A stretch of DNA of 64,000 bases from Octopus sinensis. Its lineage: Eukaryota. Position 1 is the first letter of the stretch; each line of letters opens with the position of its first letter. This document shows, piece after piece, positions 39,101 through 51,419 of this stretch. The stretch lies in contig NW_021836129.1 in NCBI RefSeq assembly GCF_006345805.1, positions 62,001 through 126,000 of the forward strand, read 5' to 3'. The position numbers and the translations under genes were made by a program. The notes below the pieces were generated by a model. That model was not told the origin of the DNA, did not search any database, and saw only the letters and a list, made by a program, of their open reading frames with translations.

Positions 39101-40190
39101 GGGGTGTTGTCCTTGTCGTAGGTGAAAAGAGAGTCGATAAATTTTTGAGGTTTTTGGAAAGGGTCTTTCCGGGGTCTCAAAAATCGTCGACCTTGACTTC
39201 AAGAATGTCGGTGGGGACTTTTTTGGGCTTGACCCCCTTCATAATGCACACAGTCTCCATCACAAGTTTGACCCCATCGGGAGGACGGGACATAGCCTTT
39301 ACTTCGAATACGTCATTCTTGTTGAAGGACTTGAGACTCGATAATGCGGCACTCTAATCTAAGAGGTATTGCCCAATCAGTATGGGAAGGGCTTCACTCA
39401 GGTCTCGTTGGGCATAGTCAGCGATGTTCTGGCACTCTTCTGCCTTTGCACATGCATCAGTTTCTTCCTTCTTAACATGAGCTCTTGTTTCTTCTGCTAC
39501 TTTATAGACTTGTTCCCGTTTTTAGTCTGTTTTTGGCAGATACGACTTGATTCCGAGCAGAGAAGAAAAAGAGGAGATCAATTCGAGATAACTAGTAGGA
39601 GTCACGTAGTTATGACAGTTCATTTCAATCAGGAATTTGTTGGACAGTTCGATCACATTTTGGTGGATAAGTCGACAGGATTTAATCTATGACTATTTTA
39701 CTCAGTCTTTACTATTCCTGAGATTGTTTCTTGGTCGTCTTCCAATTCAGGGAGATCTGTCAAGAACCTTTCCGCCACTGATTGGTAACCACTGTGTGCA
39801 GATTAGTCCTCACTCTCTTGGTGTATATTGAATATAAATTTGTCTTGGTGGGCTGCATCCCCATCTCAGTACAAATTGGCTGCATTTGCTCATATATTTT
39901 GTCCAATTCTTCATTTCCGTAAAGATTTGGAACATCTCCTGAATTTAAGATGTTGTTGAGGCTCTCAAGGAATCCTTCGTCTTTGATCTGCCATTGAGAT
40001 CTCTTCAAGTCCCAACCTGTGTGTCACTGAAGAGAAACACAATCTGAGTCTCCTTTAGACCAGCCTCCATCATGACTGACTTGAGGTCTTCCTTCCATTC
40101 AGTTAGGCCATAGTTCTTGGCCTATTTTGTAGGGCTGACGAATGACGCGAGAAATTCGACACAAATGTTTGATTGCGTCCGTAAACATGA
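36140..40190 (-). pseudogene. DNAH1: DNAH1-like pseudogene, copy b (AAA4 to C-terminus)
   Basis: Colinear with 18,370-22,430, with locally divergent patches. Confidence 0.85.
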
Positions 40191-40194
40191 CAAA

Positions 40195-41922
40195 TCAAGT
40201 CTACAAAAATTATTTTTTTTATTTTTGTTACATTTAATTAAACTTTTTAATTGTATTTTTAAATCGTGTTTGTCAATGTCACGTGCTTTTTCAGGAATAA
40301 AAATGAAACGATGCTTGAAAGATGAACGGAGAGTATTTCAAGATAAATGAGAACTTTTCTATTTTTACACAAAGGTTGATGGACATTGTTTGATATGTAA
40401 CAATTTTATCGCTATACCGAAAGAACACAACCTAAAGAGGCATTATCAATCTAATCATCTATCATACAATTATTTCGAAGGCTGCTTATTAACCAAGAAG
40501 GTCCAATGCATGTTTCAAATGAATTGCGAAAAAATTTATCTGCGTTACAGACTCATTTCACAAAAAGTCATAATCGAAGTACTGCATTAGTCACTACAAG
40601 CTATGAAATCAGCAGAATGCTTGCAGTAAATGGAAAATCATATTGTGATGGTAATTTCATCAAGCAATGCCTTGTAAAAACAACGAATATTATTTGTCCA
40701 GACGACGCCCACTTGTTTAAGATATTTCTACTGTTGCCGAACACATTAATGAAATGACAATGAATTTGAAACACCAATGAAGTCTGATTTGTTAAAATTC
40801 GATTATATTTTTCAATTGCAATCGATGAAACAGTCGACGTCGTTGGATTTGCACAATTAGCAATCTTTGTTAGAGTCTGTGATTCAGATTTTAATATTTA
40901 TGAAGAATTTCTCAAACTGGTACCAATGCACGATACTACTACAAGTAAAGATATCTTTATAAAACTAGTACAAATTCTCTTTGAATATGGGTTTGATTTG
41001 AAGAAGCTTGTATGTTTATGCACTGATGGTGCTCCGAATATGGTTGGACGATATGCTGGCGTTGCCGCCAAATTGCGAGCTAAAATACAAAAGGTAAATC
41101 CCGGGTCATCATTTGACAGAGGTCATCCCCTCAACACCGGCAGTTTAGTAAACTGCTGACAGATATTAATAATCAGTTCAGCGACATTTCTTTTTATACT
41201 CCAGTCCGCTGGTTGTCACTTCAGAAAGTTGTTAAAATATTTTATTTGTTGAGATCGGAAATCATTTTATTTATGGAAATGAAAGGGCAAAACATAGACG
41301 AAATGAAAAGTCAAACTTGGATCAGGAGTACTGTTGATGCACATAATGTAATGAATTTTTCTCAGTATGAAAAAACAACTAAAATCGTTGTTAAAGGAAT
41401 TTCAAGAAAGATTTAATGATTTTTCGTCTTTTGAACAACAATTTTCATTATTCGCATCACCATTCTCTCTTAATGTTTCCAATGCAGATGAATGTTTATA
41501 AAGCTAAAAATTTGGAGGTTAGAATACCTGCTTTCTTTTCATATCTTCCGGGGAAAGTTTAAAAACTTTAAAAAGTTTGCAACAAAAATCATTGCTATGT
41601 TTGGTTCGACATATTTGTGTGAACAGCTTTTTTCTTTTATGAAATTGATAAAAACTGCTCAAAGAACAAGATTAAATGATGAACATTTATCTTCTTTAAT
41701 AAAAGTCGGAACTAAATGAATAGCTTAGTCTGACATATTAGAAATTGTATCTAAAAAAGATGTCAATCCTCTGGAAGCAGCTCTCACCAAAATTAAAGGG
41801 CGATGATTAAATCATTTAGTTTCTTTTATTTTGGTTATTCATAATAATAAATATCAGAATCAATCTTTCCTTAATGAGAAATTATTATAAATGCGGCCCT
41901 CGAAGCGAAATTGACACCTCTG
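40195..41922 (+). mobile_element. hAT (GTF2IRD2/SPIN-like), copy b; left TIR deleted
   Basis: Right terminus AATTGACACCTCTG ends at 41,922. C-terminal MFGSTYLCEQLFSFMK. Confidence 0.9.
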
Positions 41923-42600
41923 TTGTAAAGAGTCTTGTTCGGAGTCGGAAGGAAAAATTTGAGGACATTTTGGTATATTTTAATGCATGCCGTAACAATC
42001 TGATCTACGTGTCCCAAAATCGATTTATGCCATCTGAATTATTCATTTTTACTTCTTAACCTGCCCACGTGCGTATGATTGTTCCGAATATGTGGCGGAT
42101 GCTTGTGTCACTCATTTCCACAAAGGAGACCATGCTGAAGTATCTCAAAAACTTCTGCGTCACAGCGTTTCTACCCCAACCATGAGGACCCATTGTACAA
42201 CAGAAATTAATGTCAATCAGTTTGCAAAAGTCTTCTACACAAAATAGACATAAATGACCGAACCAATCATTTTCCTGTTGTACCAACCTCCGTTTCCGAG
42301 ACACTGCCGAATTAATTCGATTGGAGTTTGAGCTCCCCAGATTTCTGGTGCTGGTATATTCAAATCATCAATAAAAAATATTCGTTTTTTCCCAGATAAG
42401 GGCCGTAGATTCACTTCCGTCTGTCCGGGTCCAACAAATTTTAAAACCTCGTCGAAAACCTTAAAGAACAGTCCGAATGCAGTGAAAGACTTCTAAATGA
42501 TCTGAAATGTCGTTTTAATTCACTTTTGGATAGAGTTTCAAGTTTTGAACAGTTGCACTGCGAGGTAATGACAGAACTAAAAAGGTAAACTTTGTGTATT
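41923..42600 (-). pseudogene. DNAH1: DNAH1-like AAA3 segment, copy b
   Basis: RRK*IYGPYLGKTNIFIDDLNIPA, DINFCCTMGP, FSMVSFVEMSDTSIRHIF, KIYQNVLKFFLPTPNK. Confidence 0.8.
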
Positions 42601-43089
42601 TTGTTGATTTAAAATAAGCATAAATCGAATTAAATTTGACGGAGAATGAACCAATGATTTCTGAGTTTAGAAGAATGAATTTAGAAATTTCCGACAGACA
42701 AATAATGACGGGAGAATTCTACGGAATTTTATTTGAAATAATCAGACGAGACCAATTAGCTTCCGAGGCAACACACATGTCTGATTGGATAGATTAGGTT
42801 CTTGGTGGAACAGTGGCTTGTCAAATTGACTTATTTGGGGGAACTTAATGTTGCAGGAATGACCACGGAGTTAAACAATATTTTGCAAAAATTATTTTGA
42901 ATGATGGAAATGTATTATATGTGATTATATGTTAAGATTAAGTATAATGTCGACTATCTGTCGGAAAAATCCAACACACTTTTTGAATATTTAAAAAATC
43001 ATTATTTTTTTTTACATATAATATATCTAATAAAAACATTTATCCCAAATTAAAATGTAATCAGGCGGGACTGAACTATCTCCTGAATT

Positions 43090-43700
43090 TGACATCCCCG
43101 TTTTTCAAAATACAAATACACCGGAAAGCTAATAGAAGACCAAGAAAAAAAGAAGAAGATGCTTTTTAAAAGATAGAAAAGAGTTAGTGAGAATATCTTT
43201 TAGCCGTTTTGACATGAAATGTCGCATTAATCGAATGATGGACCAGAATACAGATTCACAAGACATTGAAATGGACTCAATAAATCCTCATTATTCAAAC
43301 CAGCTCATGATAAACGAATGGATGTTAGAAAGTCCAAAGGACCTGATTTGGGTAGATTAGGTTAAGATTTTTTAAAAGTCATAAAATTAGCTTATTTTGT
43401 AGATTTAAATGTGAAAAGTCATTTTTCTTGATTAATGTTTGTAATAGACATTTATTCTAATCATGCTTTTAGAAGAATAGGAAAAATAAAAGCTGGAGTA
43501 AAAGTTAAAACAATTTTGATAAATTTTTATCTGAATCAAAGAACTCTTATATGACAAAGTCTGTGACAAGTTCTGCATTACTCAAATACATATGAGACTA
43601 AACAATCCAAAGAGTCAGGGAATTGTCGAAAGATTTAATCAGATCATCACGGAGTTTATTGTATTTATTTTATAATTAGCAAGAAGCTTCTTATTTAGAG
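43090..43700 (+). mobile_element. Highly degenerate Ginger-like integrase remnant (copy b)
   Basis: Fragments FVIDIYSNHAF and IHMRLNNPKSQGIVERFNQII (rve E motif), with many stops. Confidence 0.6.
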
Positions 43701-44175
43701 ATATTATGTGACGATTACTTTTTTCTATTTACAAAAGTTTGAATATTCATACTGGTAAAATGTAACTATTGTTTCAAAATTTTCTATCAATTTTGTGAAC
43801 GTTTAATAAAGTGGGGAGTATGTTTATAATAAATAGTCGTTAATTTTTGATTTGACAGTGATCAACATTTATGAAATTTAGCATGATTTTACTCTCGCCA
43901 CATATATTACAAAGAGAAACATTAGGATTAAATATTCATTTCGCCGTCCTGAGCTCACTATTCGTTTTTAAAAACCAGTAAAAACTTTTTTAATATCAAA
44001 AAAATGATTCGTCTCTTAAGTCAGATGCCATGCTGACTGCAATCTATATTATCTCTTGATGCTCGTTGATTGAGTCTTTTATTACTCAGAGGATGTCGCT
44101 CCATTGCACTTTTTGAGAGGTCTGGCCAAGAGAAGAGGAAAAAGAAAAGAAACAGGTGTTTAGAGGAAAAAGAAA

Positions 44176-45430
44176 ACGCATTTTGAACAAAGCCGCCAGT
44201 TCTATATAATTTTGTAAATCAATGAGTTCTATATCATTTACAAGTCAATTTTGTAGCTTAATTTGTCCCAGCTCTGTTGGAGTGATGTTTGGATCGGGAA
44301 TTTTAATCCTGATTCCTTCCACAGCATACATCCATCTTCAAAAGGCCTGTCCAAAGAAGATTCGGGGGATTTATGTAGAATCTCCAAGGATAGCCTTTGG
44401 CAGGATGAGTGAGAGGACAGGAAAGCTGGGAGGGCAAGGTCCAGGGCGGATCTTAGGCCAGCTCCGCCAGAATTAAGAGGCAGTTTACACTGGGTCCACC
44501 CATCATTATCGAAACGGACATTTAGGATCCACTCGGCACACAATCTTAACGTATCATCGATAGAATGCAATATTTCATCTTGTATAAAGCAGGGCGAGCA
44601 TCTCAATAAATATAACAGTTTGGGAACGTGGATGCAATTTTTGAGGAGGAAAAAGGCCGTGTGGGAGTCGAGTAGAGAGAGGCGTTCACCGCAGACAACC
44701 TGGCAATGAGGCTCGACCAGCACCGCCTCGCCTGCTTACGCTCTGCAGCTGTGCCACTCAGTGGGTCATGGCTGAATGCTATGCCAATTGCTGGCCTCGG
44801 AACATTATTAGAGGATGACTGCATGCGTATCGGTACTGCACTGAGACTCGGACTTGACATCTGCGAACAACATCGTTGTAGATGTGGAAAAATGGTTGAC
44901 GTCAAAGGTGTACACCCACTCTCTTGCAAACGAAGTGCTGGCCGAGCTCCTCGGCACTCCGCTATTAACAATGTTATCTTAAGAGCTCTTGAGTCGGCGG
45001 GCTTCCCCTCGATCCTAGAGCCAGTGGGCTTATATCGTGGAGATGGGAAAAGACCCGATGGGATGACCACTTTTCCCTACTCCTGTGGAAAATCGTTGGT
45101 TTGGGATTCAACGTGTGTTGACACCCATTCCAAAACTAATATGATCTCTTCTGCTGTTTCTCCAGGTTCTGCAGCAGATGCTGCAGAGCAAAGAAAAATT
45201 GCCAAATACGCAAATCTTTGACAACGGTACCGCTTCGTACCTATCGCTGTGGAGACTTCTGGGGTAACCGGCCCTCTTACGACTTCTTTCATCAGAGAAG
45301 TCGGAGGAAAAGTTGCTAGGCGACGTGGGGAGCCTCGAGAAGTGTCATGGTTATTCCAACAAATTGGAATAGCTGTCGTTCGCGGCAATGCACACTCCAT
45401 CATGCGTGCAACCGCAAGTGCCTTTTAATC
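44176..45430. mobile_element. CRE-like retrotransposon with inverted 5' part and complete 3' REL domain (copy c)
   Basis: Minus ORF 44238-44723. Plus ORF 44706-45221 (HPLSCKRSAG, RGDGKRPDG, VWDSTCVDT, KIAKY) continues after one stop to FVPIAVETSG...VVRGNAHSIMRATASAF*. Confidence 0.9.
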
Positions 45431-46241
45431 ATTGACTAACTTATTTCAATCAATTTGTGCAAAGCATTATAGAAACACGATCCTTGAAATTTTTGTAACC
45501 TTTAAATCGGTTGCGACAAATAGATTTTGAAGGAATGATTTTATAAAACAATCTAGTTTCATCTAAGTTGTAAATTTGATCATCATTGTATCTCTGTAAA
45601 ACTTCACGAAATTTAGAAAGGAAAGATTAGATATCAACGGGATCATCTGTTTTCAATTTTCCATGAATTTTCGCATTCGAAATCCATTTCGTTTTTTAAT
45701 TTTTTTCAAAAAACCATTTAAGTTTTTAAAATTTACTAGTTTAAGTTGTTGCGCAAAAAACATAGCCTTACTAGAAATTAAGGCATCATTAAGAAAACCG
45801 TCTAAATATTAGACCCTAAATAAGATACCTCTAGACACAATCAAATCCATCCATTCAACCAATTTTGCATCAAGTTCAGGAAACTTAAGATTTGATACTT
45901 TTTTTTGAACCTAGATTGTGTATCTTGCTATCTTTGAGAAGAGAATCTTTTTTCAAAAGAATGTTGTTGTTTGTTTTTCGAGAAATTTTTTTATTAAACA
46001 AAAAAGAAATTCTTTCGGCCAAATGATGACACGAAAAATGAGGATTCTTTCTTTATAAGATAAAATTTCTATTTTCTGATTAAAATTCGGACGAGTATAA
46101 ATATTGCGAGAAGACATTTGGGACAAATTTTATTAATAAAATTCAAATTTATTAAAAAAAATTTTGAAGAATAAAAATTATAGCACAAAAAATTAAAATT
46201 TGTGGCCAATTTGAGAGGGGCCAATTTGCGAGGGTTGAGTG
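45430..46241 (-). mobile_element. Tigger family E, 5' part
   Basis: TIR CACTCAACCCTCGCAAATTGGCC ends at 46,241 followed by TA. KFPELDAKLVEWMD...FLNDALISSKA...NGFLKK. A related terminus is at 12,844. Confidence 0.75.
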
Positions 46242-46741
46242 TATTATCTTATTTTCTCTGGTCTGATATGAGATTTCTTCGACCAATAAAACAGTTCGTT
46301 CACAAGAGGAGTTTTGATGAATAAACTGGAAAATTATTTTTTGAGATATCTGTTCGATGGGCAGAAAAATTTTTATCAGGAGTTATCAATTTAATGTTTT
46401 TAATTGTAAAAATCTATGAATTAAGTAGAGATCACGGGCAGCTTTTACTCTGCTCCACGAGTTATAATTTAAGAATTCGAAATCAAGGATAACTCTGGAT
46501 TTATCACTCTCGATGTTGTTCATTATCGCGATTAGTTATGAACATAAATATATGTCGAAATATTTGATTTTAAATTCCAGATCAGTAAATGCTTTCTCAA
46601 TTGAATAATGTACCCCTTCTGTTTTTGTAATTAAATTTATGACCACTTAGTAATTCCCATTATTTATTTATTTATTAACCCCTAAGCTTGCATAGCAAAC
46701 TTAGCACAAGCAGTCACATTATGGATTCGAATAGTATAGAT

Positions 46742-47110
46742 TCATCGTGGAATTTGAATATTTATTATATTATGAAAATGGGAATTTATTTCTGATTTCA
46801 GCATAAATAAATGTTTTGAGAAAATTTTATCATTTTCAAAAAATTTAATTCTTGTCAATTTATCAGACAATATGTCCTCAATTTGTATGGACATTTCATC
46901 AATTTTTCTACGAAATGTATTATTACTGAGAGGGGTGTTTTTTATTATCTCTGAACCATTTTTGCACATTTTTAACAAAGTTTTAAAAGAAGAAATACAT
47001 AATATTTTTTGCAAGTGTATGGAGATAAACCATTTTGGGCAGTTAATTCTACTATTACAACCAAATGTAATCAGTTTAAAAGTGAAAATGAAAAAGTCCG
47101 CGAGAAAAAA
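46742..47110 (-). mobile_element. hAT (Buster/ZBED5-like) transposase fragment
   Basis: TPLSNNTFRRKIDEMSIQIEDILSDKL matches the PLSNNTV.RRIDEM motif of Buster-type hATs. Confidence 0.7.
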
Positions 47111-47129
47111 CGAGCTCGACCTACGAGCG

Positions 47130-47490
47130 CTGTGAGATAACGGTTATGTCCAGGCCGAACGGATAGCTTGTGCGTTGCTGCGCATAATTGTAACCGAAAT
47201 TCTTTGTCTCAGCCAAGAGGATTCGTGTCCATCCATGTTTCTCCGAGAGATAAGGAGACCGACGTCTATCAAGAAACTTGGCTGTTTGCGGGCCGAAGGA
47301 TCCGGAGGTCTCGAAAGCCAAAAGGACAAAGTAATGTTGGGCAGTGGGTTTGTCTGTACTTATCGACTTTGTGGGCTTCCCCCCCCCCACCTGTCCAGAC
47401 CGACTGGTTCAAGTACATTCGGGAAACCGGCAGCATTAAGTGCTCTCGAGATGACGTCGTTGAGTGCCCCGTGACGAGGCAATTCTGCTA
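47130..47490 (-). mobile_element. CRE-like REL-domain fragment (second family), internally deleted
   Basis: [13 protein letters not shown]...LEPVGLDRG, then YFVLLAFETSGSFGPQTAKFL...SSWLRQRISVTIMRSNA. Confidence 0.8.
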
Positions 47491-48257
47491 TTTGATATAA
47501 AAAGGTCACTTTTTTTTTGGTTTTGAATTTTCGATTTTATAAAAAAATGTAAAATACTTTATTCCATGTTAAGAATAAATTTAAAACATACAGTCAACCT
47601 TCGTTAATCCGAAAATTCAAATCGCTTTCCCTTCGGATTATGAAGAAATCTAAAATTTATATGAACGTTAGATAAATGATCAGATTAGTGATCAAATTAC
47701 TAATCTGTTTATAACACAATTATTTGTAGAAAAAATCGAATAAAGTTCTTTTTATAGTATTTTTTTAATTAATTTTTGTAAATCATCCGAGATGTGTTTC
47801 AAATTTTTTACAGTATCGTTTGTTATATTTTGAGAAAAGCAATTCGAACAAGAACTTGATTTAATGACAATTTGAATTGCTTGGAAAATTGTTCTTCAAA
47901 ATGTGACTTGGCGCGTAATCAAAAAGTAAATAAATTTTTTGTTATATTGTTCATTTCATCATCAAGTAGCAGCATCACGCAATTAAACAAATAACTGGCT
48001 TTCGAATTTGGATAATAATGACAGTATTTTCCAACATTGAATCCTTTGAAACAGTTTGGTTTCTTGCTGTGTCCTGTCCATTCCGTTAATAAGATCCATT
48101 CGAGATATCCATTTTATTAATGAATTCTCAAGCAGATAATAATTTTTACAAGCTAGTCTATAGTAAGTGTTTGAGCTCTCACTGTTTTTCATTGTTCTTT
48201 ATTTTTCAAAATTTCAGATAAAGTAGAATTTCGTAGGTCCAGGTTTAATTCTCTTCT

Positions 48258-49281
48258 AAGAATTTTTTTTTTTTTTTGAAAACCAACCAATAACTACAAG
48301 TTAATTAATTAAAAGCTTCAAGTGCGGGAAGCCGACGCGATCGAGAAAGAATTAGAGCGTACTATCGCAAGGGATATCCGCTCGAAAAACCATCTCGATT
48401 CGCGGGCGTCGCCTGTGATGGCAGACATGCGGGATCCGATCTCCTGAACGAAGCTGATTGCCTTACTGCCCAAGGAACCGGAAGTCTCAACCGCGAATGG
48501 AAGGAATTGGAACTTCTCCGTAAGTGAGGAGTACTTCCGCATCTTTTGCATTCCGCGGTTGTGACAATAGATCCAGGAGCGGAGGCCGACATCAGCAGGT
48601 TCTGAGGCGAGAAAGAGTCCACACACGTGGCATCCCAGGTGAGAGGCTTCCCCCTGTTGAAAGGAAACACAGTTATCCCGTCAGGCCTTTTTCCGTCTCC
48701 CCGATCGATCCCAGTGGGTTCAAGCAGGGAGGGGATTCCGGCGACTTCCAGGGCTCTCCTGATAAGGTCGTTAAGAGCGGCGTGACGCGGGATGCGACCA
48801 GCACTGCGTCTGCACGATAGAGCGTGCAATCCAAAGCGACAGATTTTCGCGCCACAGCGGCAGACATGTGGCTCGCATAGGCGAAGACCGAGACGTAAAC
48901 AGATTCCAGTGCGTACGGACTCGCAGTCCAGAAGGTTCCCAATGCTCGGCAGTGGAGTGGCATTTAGCCAGGCTCCGCTGTGAGGGCGACATGCCGTCTC
49001 AAAGCAGGCCAAGCGGTGTTGGTCGAAAGATGTACGTAAAGATTGGATTCGGGATTGTAGGCGGACTTCGTCCCAAACAAATTGCTTATGCTGATCCTCT
49101 GGGATTTCCAGTCCTAGCGAGTGCCACTTTACGACCGCCGATGATAACTCAGAGGGCACGTAATGTTCAAAATCGGTTGGAAGAACCGTGCCCATGAGTT
49201 TCTGGCATGAAGAAAGTGACGACAGGTAGGCAGGCAGTGCAACATCATTCGGACACCGAATTCCAAGGCCTCCGTGGCGTA
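48258..49281 (-). mobile_element. Young 5'-truncated CRE-like retrotransposon with poly(A) tail and 7-bp TSD
   Basis: TSD CTCTTCT at 48,251-57 and 49,282-88, T-run at ~48,263-48,277. ORF HGGLGIR...HSGAWLNA...CRCG...RGDGKRPDG, with one frameshift near 48,545 into RKYSSL...VETSG. Empty site at ~16,298-16,305. Confidence 0.95.
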
Positions 49282-51419
49282 CTCTTCTGATAATTTGAGA
49301 CAATTCATTCAGAGACATTTTCCTCGAATCCTTAATTTTTACAAATCTGTTCTTTTAGATGAATTTTGACTTCGGTCCTTTTTCTAACCATAGAAAGCGT
49401 GCTGTTAATTAAATTTGAAAAATTAATTAAAAAAATTAATCAACAAAATTATTTTGTAATAATAAACAAAATTAATCCGAAATTATAAACAAAATTAATT
49501 GAATTTTCGGAGCATTGAATCAAATTTGGCAAAAAAAAGTTAAAAAATTTATAATTAGAAAATTGATTAATAACAACTTTTCTGGCAAATTTTGAGCAAC
49601 TAGAGCAATACAAATACCTCGCCTTTCTATGTTTATCATCACTATCGTACCCTTTTACCCTTATTTTAAAATTTAAAATGTAAATGTCTTTATTCTTTTT
49701 TATGTTCCTTGCAATAAGAGAGAAATATCGTTAAGTTTCGTAAAAATCCAAGATAAGAACAGCCCAGCGTAGTAAGTAGCGTGCCTTAATGGAATACGAC
49801 GCGATAAGATGTCAAGACACGACGGGTCAATGGTGTAGTTGCCTCAAAAAAAAGATATTAATTTTAAAAAATTTATTATTGTACATACTCCTTGCAACTT
49901 GATGTGAGGATCTCCGAACAGCTGTAAATACTACCAACTCAGACAACAAACCTCATCAAATACTATGTTGACTCATCTTGACAAACAATTTCAAATTCAA
50001 TTGTAATTGACAAAGAGATAAAAAAACCCATAAAATAGTGCAAATTTCAAGGTTTTTCAAAACGGGATATATAGTCTAACTTAGCGTTACTTTTGCAGTT
50101 GAAATCGCTAAGAATGGACCCATACAAGCTTCTTAAAGAATATAAGCTCCGCTTTCCTATCTTATACAATATCAGCTTGAATGTTATTTTAAACTTTATT
50201 TATAAATTAGCACAAATATAATTGCTGACGGCAATCTTGCAGTTCTTTCCGACGAATTCGGTTTTATAAAGCTCAAAAAAATCTCGCTCTTCCGGATAAT
50301 GAGAAAAGTCGGGGCAACACTTGATGACCTCATATCCGTATTTAAAAGTAGGATCATATTTATCAAATCACATTTTTAGACTCATATTTCATCATTTTTG
50401 ACCAGACCCAAACAAAAGTCTAAGGGATAATCTCCACAAGAGTCATCGAAGTAAACTGAATATTCAACAGTATTGAAATGAGTACTGAAAAAGTATTGTC
50501 GTGATGTATTCATGACAATTACTTTTGGACCAGCAGCTGACTCCCCTTGGAATCACCCGGGGCTACTTGACTGGGTGGCGAATGTTTGAAGATAAGTGGC
50601 TGTTGTATGCCAATCTGTTAGGACCAAACATTCACAATTATTAAAAAAACTAAAAGAATGTCAAATAACTACAATCACACTGTATCAGTGATATAAACAT
50701 ATTTTAATGGTGAGAATATAACAAATTCCATACACAGAAACGCGTATGATTCATATAATGGATATCCAATGAATTTTATTCGCTTCCGGAGTCCATTTCC
50801 TCCAATCTGTTAGAACCAAACATCCCAATTATCGAAAAAGACCCTGAAGTGTGCTTGGTGCTGGCAGATTAGTCGAAATGGACTTCAAAACACGTAAAAT
50901 GGCTCTGTGTCATCTTGTTACATTTGTAAATTGACTTTGAAGTAAAATTGAACGCTTCTCTAAGCAGTCTCTTTGCATTGGTCAGCTCAGAAATGTCATC
51001 ATTTGTGGAAAAAGACATCGAGAACCCAACAATGGACATTCAAATTGTGAGTAACAAATAAGAGAAATGTCAAATCAAATAAAATAAATATTTAGATTAT
51101 ATCCTCTTGTTAAATGTTCTGACACTCTGGATGACAATAATGATGCAAAATAAAATAACAGTGTTGAGAAATTTTAAAATATATATAGACAGATTATAGG
51201 AATAAACTCAAAAAATGCTATTACATAATCGTTGTTTCCTAATAGTTATTACACCTTTTATTATTTCAAAAAACTTTGTCTATTTAGACAAACCAAGCGT
51301 ATTTGCCGTCTAATGGACAAACCCAGTCACTACCACTGAGGGGTCTTAACTAAGCAATAGAAAGTGTGAGCAAATCCAAATAATGAAATTAGTGATAAAT
51401 CAAATGTTAATAGTTCAGA

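Larger units (their letters stand above)
23469..44176. repeat. Segmental tandem duplication unit, copy b
   Basis: Matches copy a over 23,469-41,242 and copy c over ~30,781-44,165. Carries an extra Tc1, Tigger D and a fuller Tigger B. Confidence 0.9.

Noticed and set aside
48362-49318. Functional Tigger-HTH/CRE-endonuclease fusion protein
   Set aside because: Only 12 codons (MSLNELSQIIRR) come from the Tigger flank, the HTH start is out of frame, and the REL domain is frameshifted near 48,545. An in-frame junction is expected by chance.
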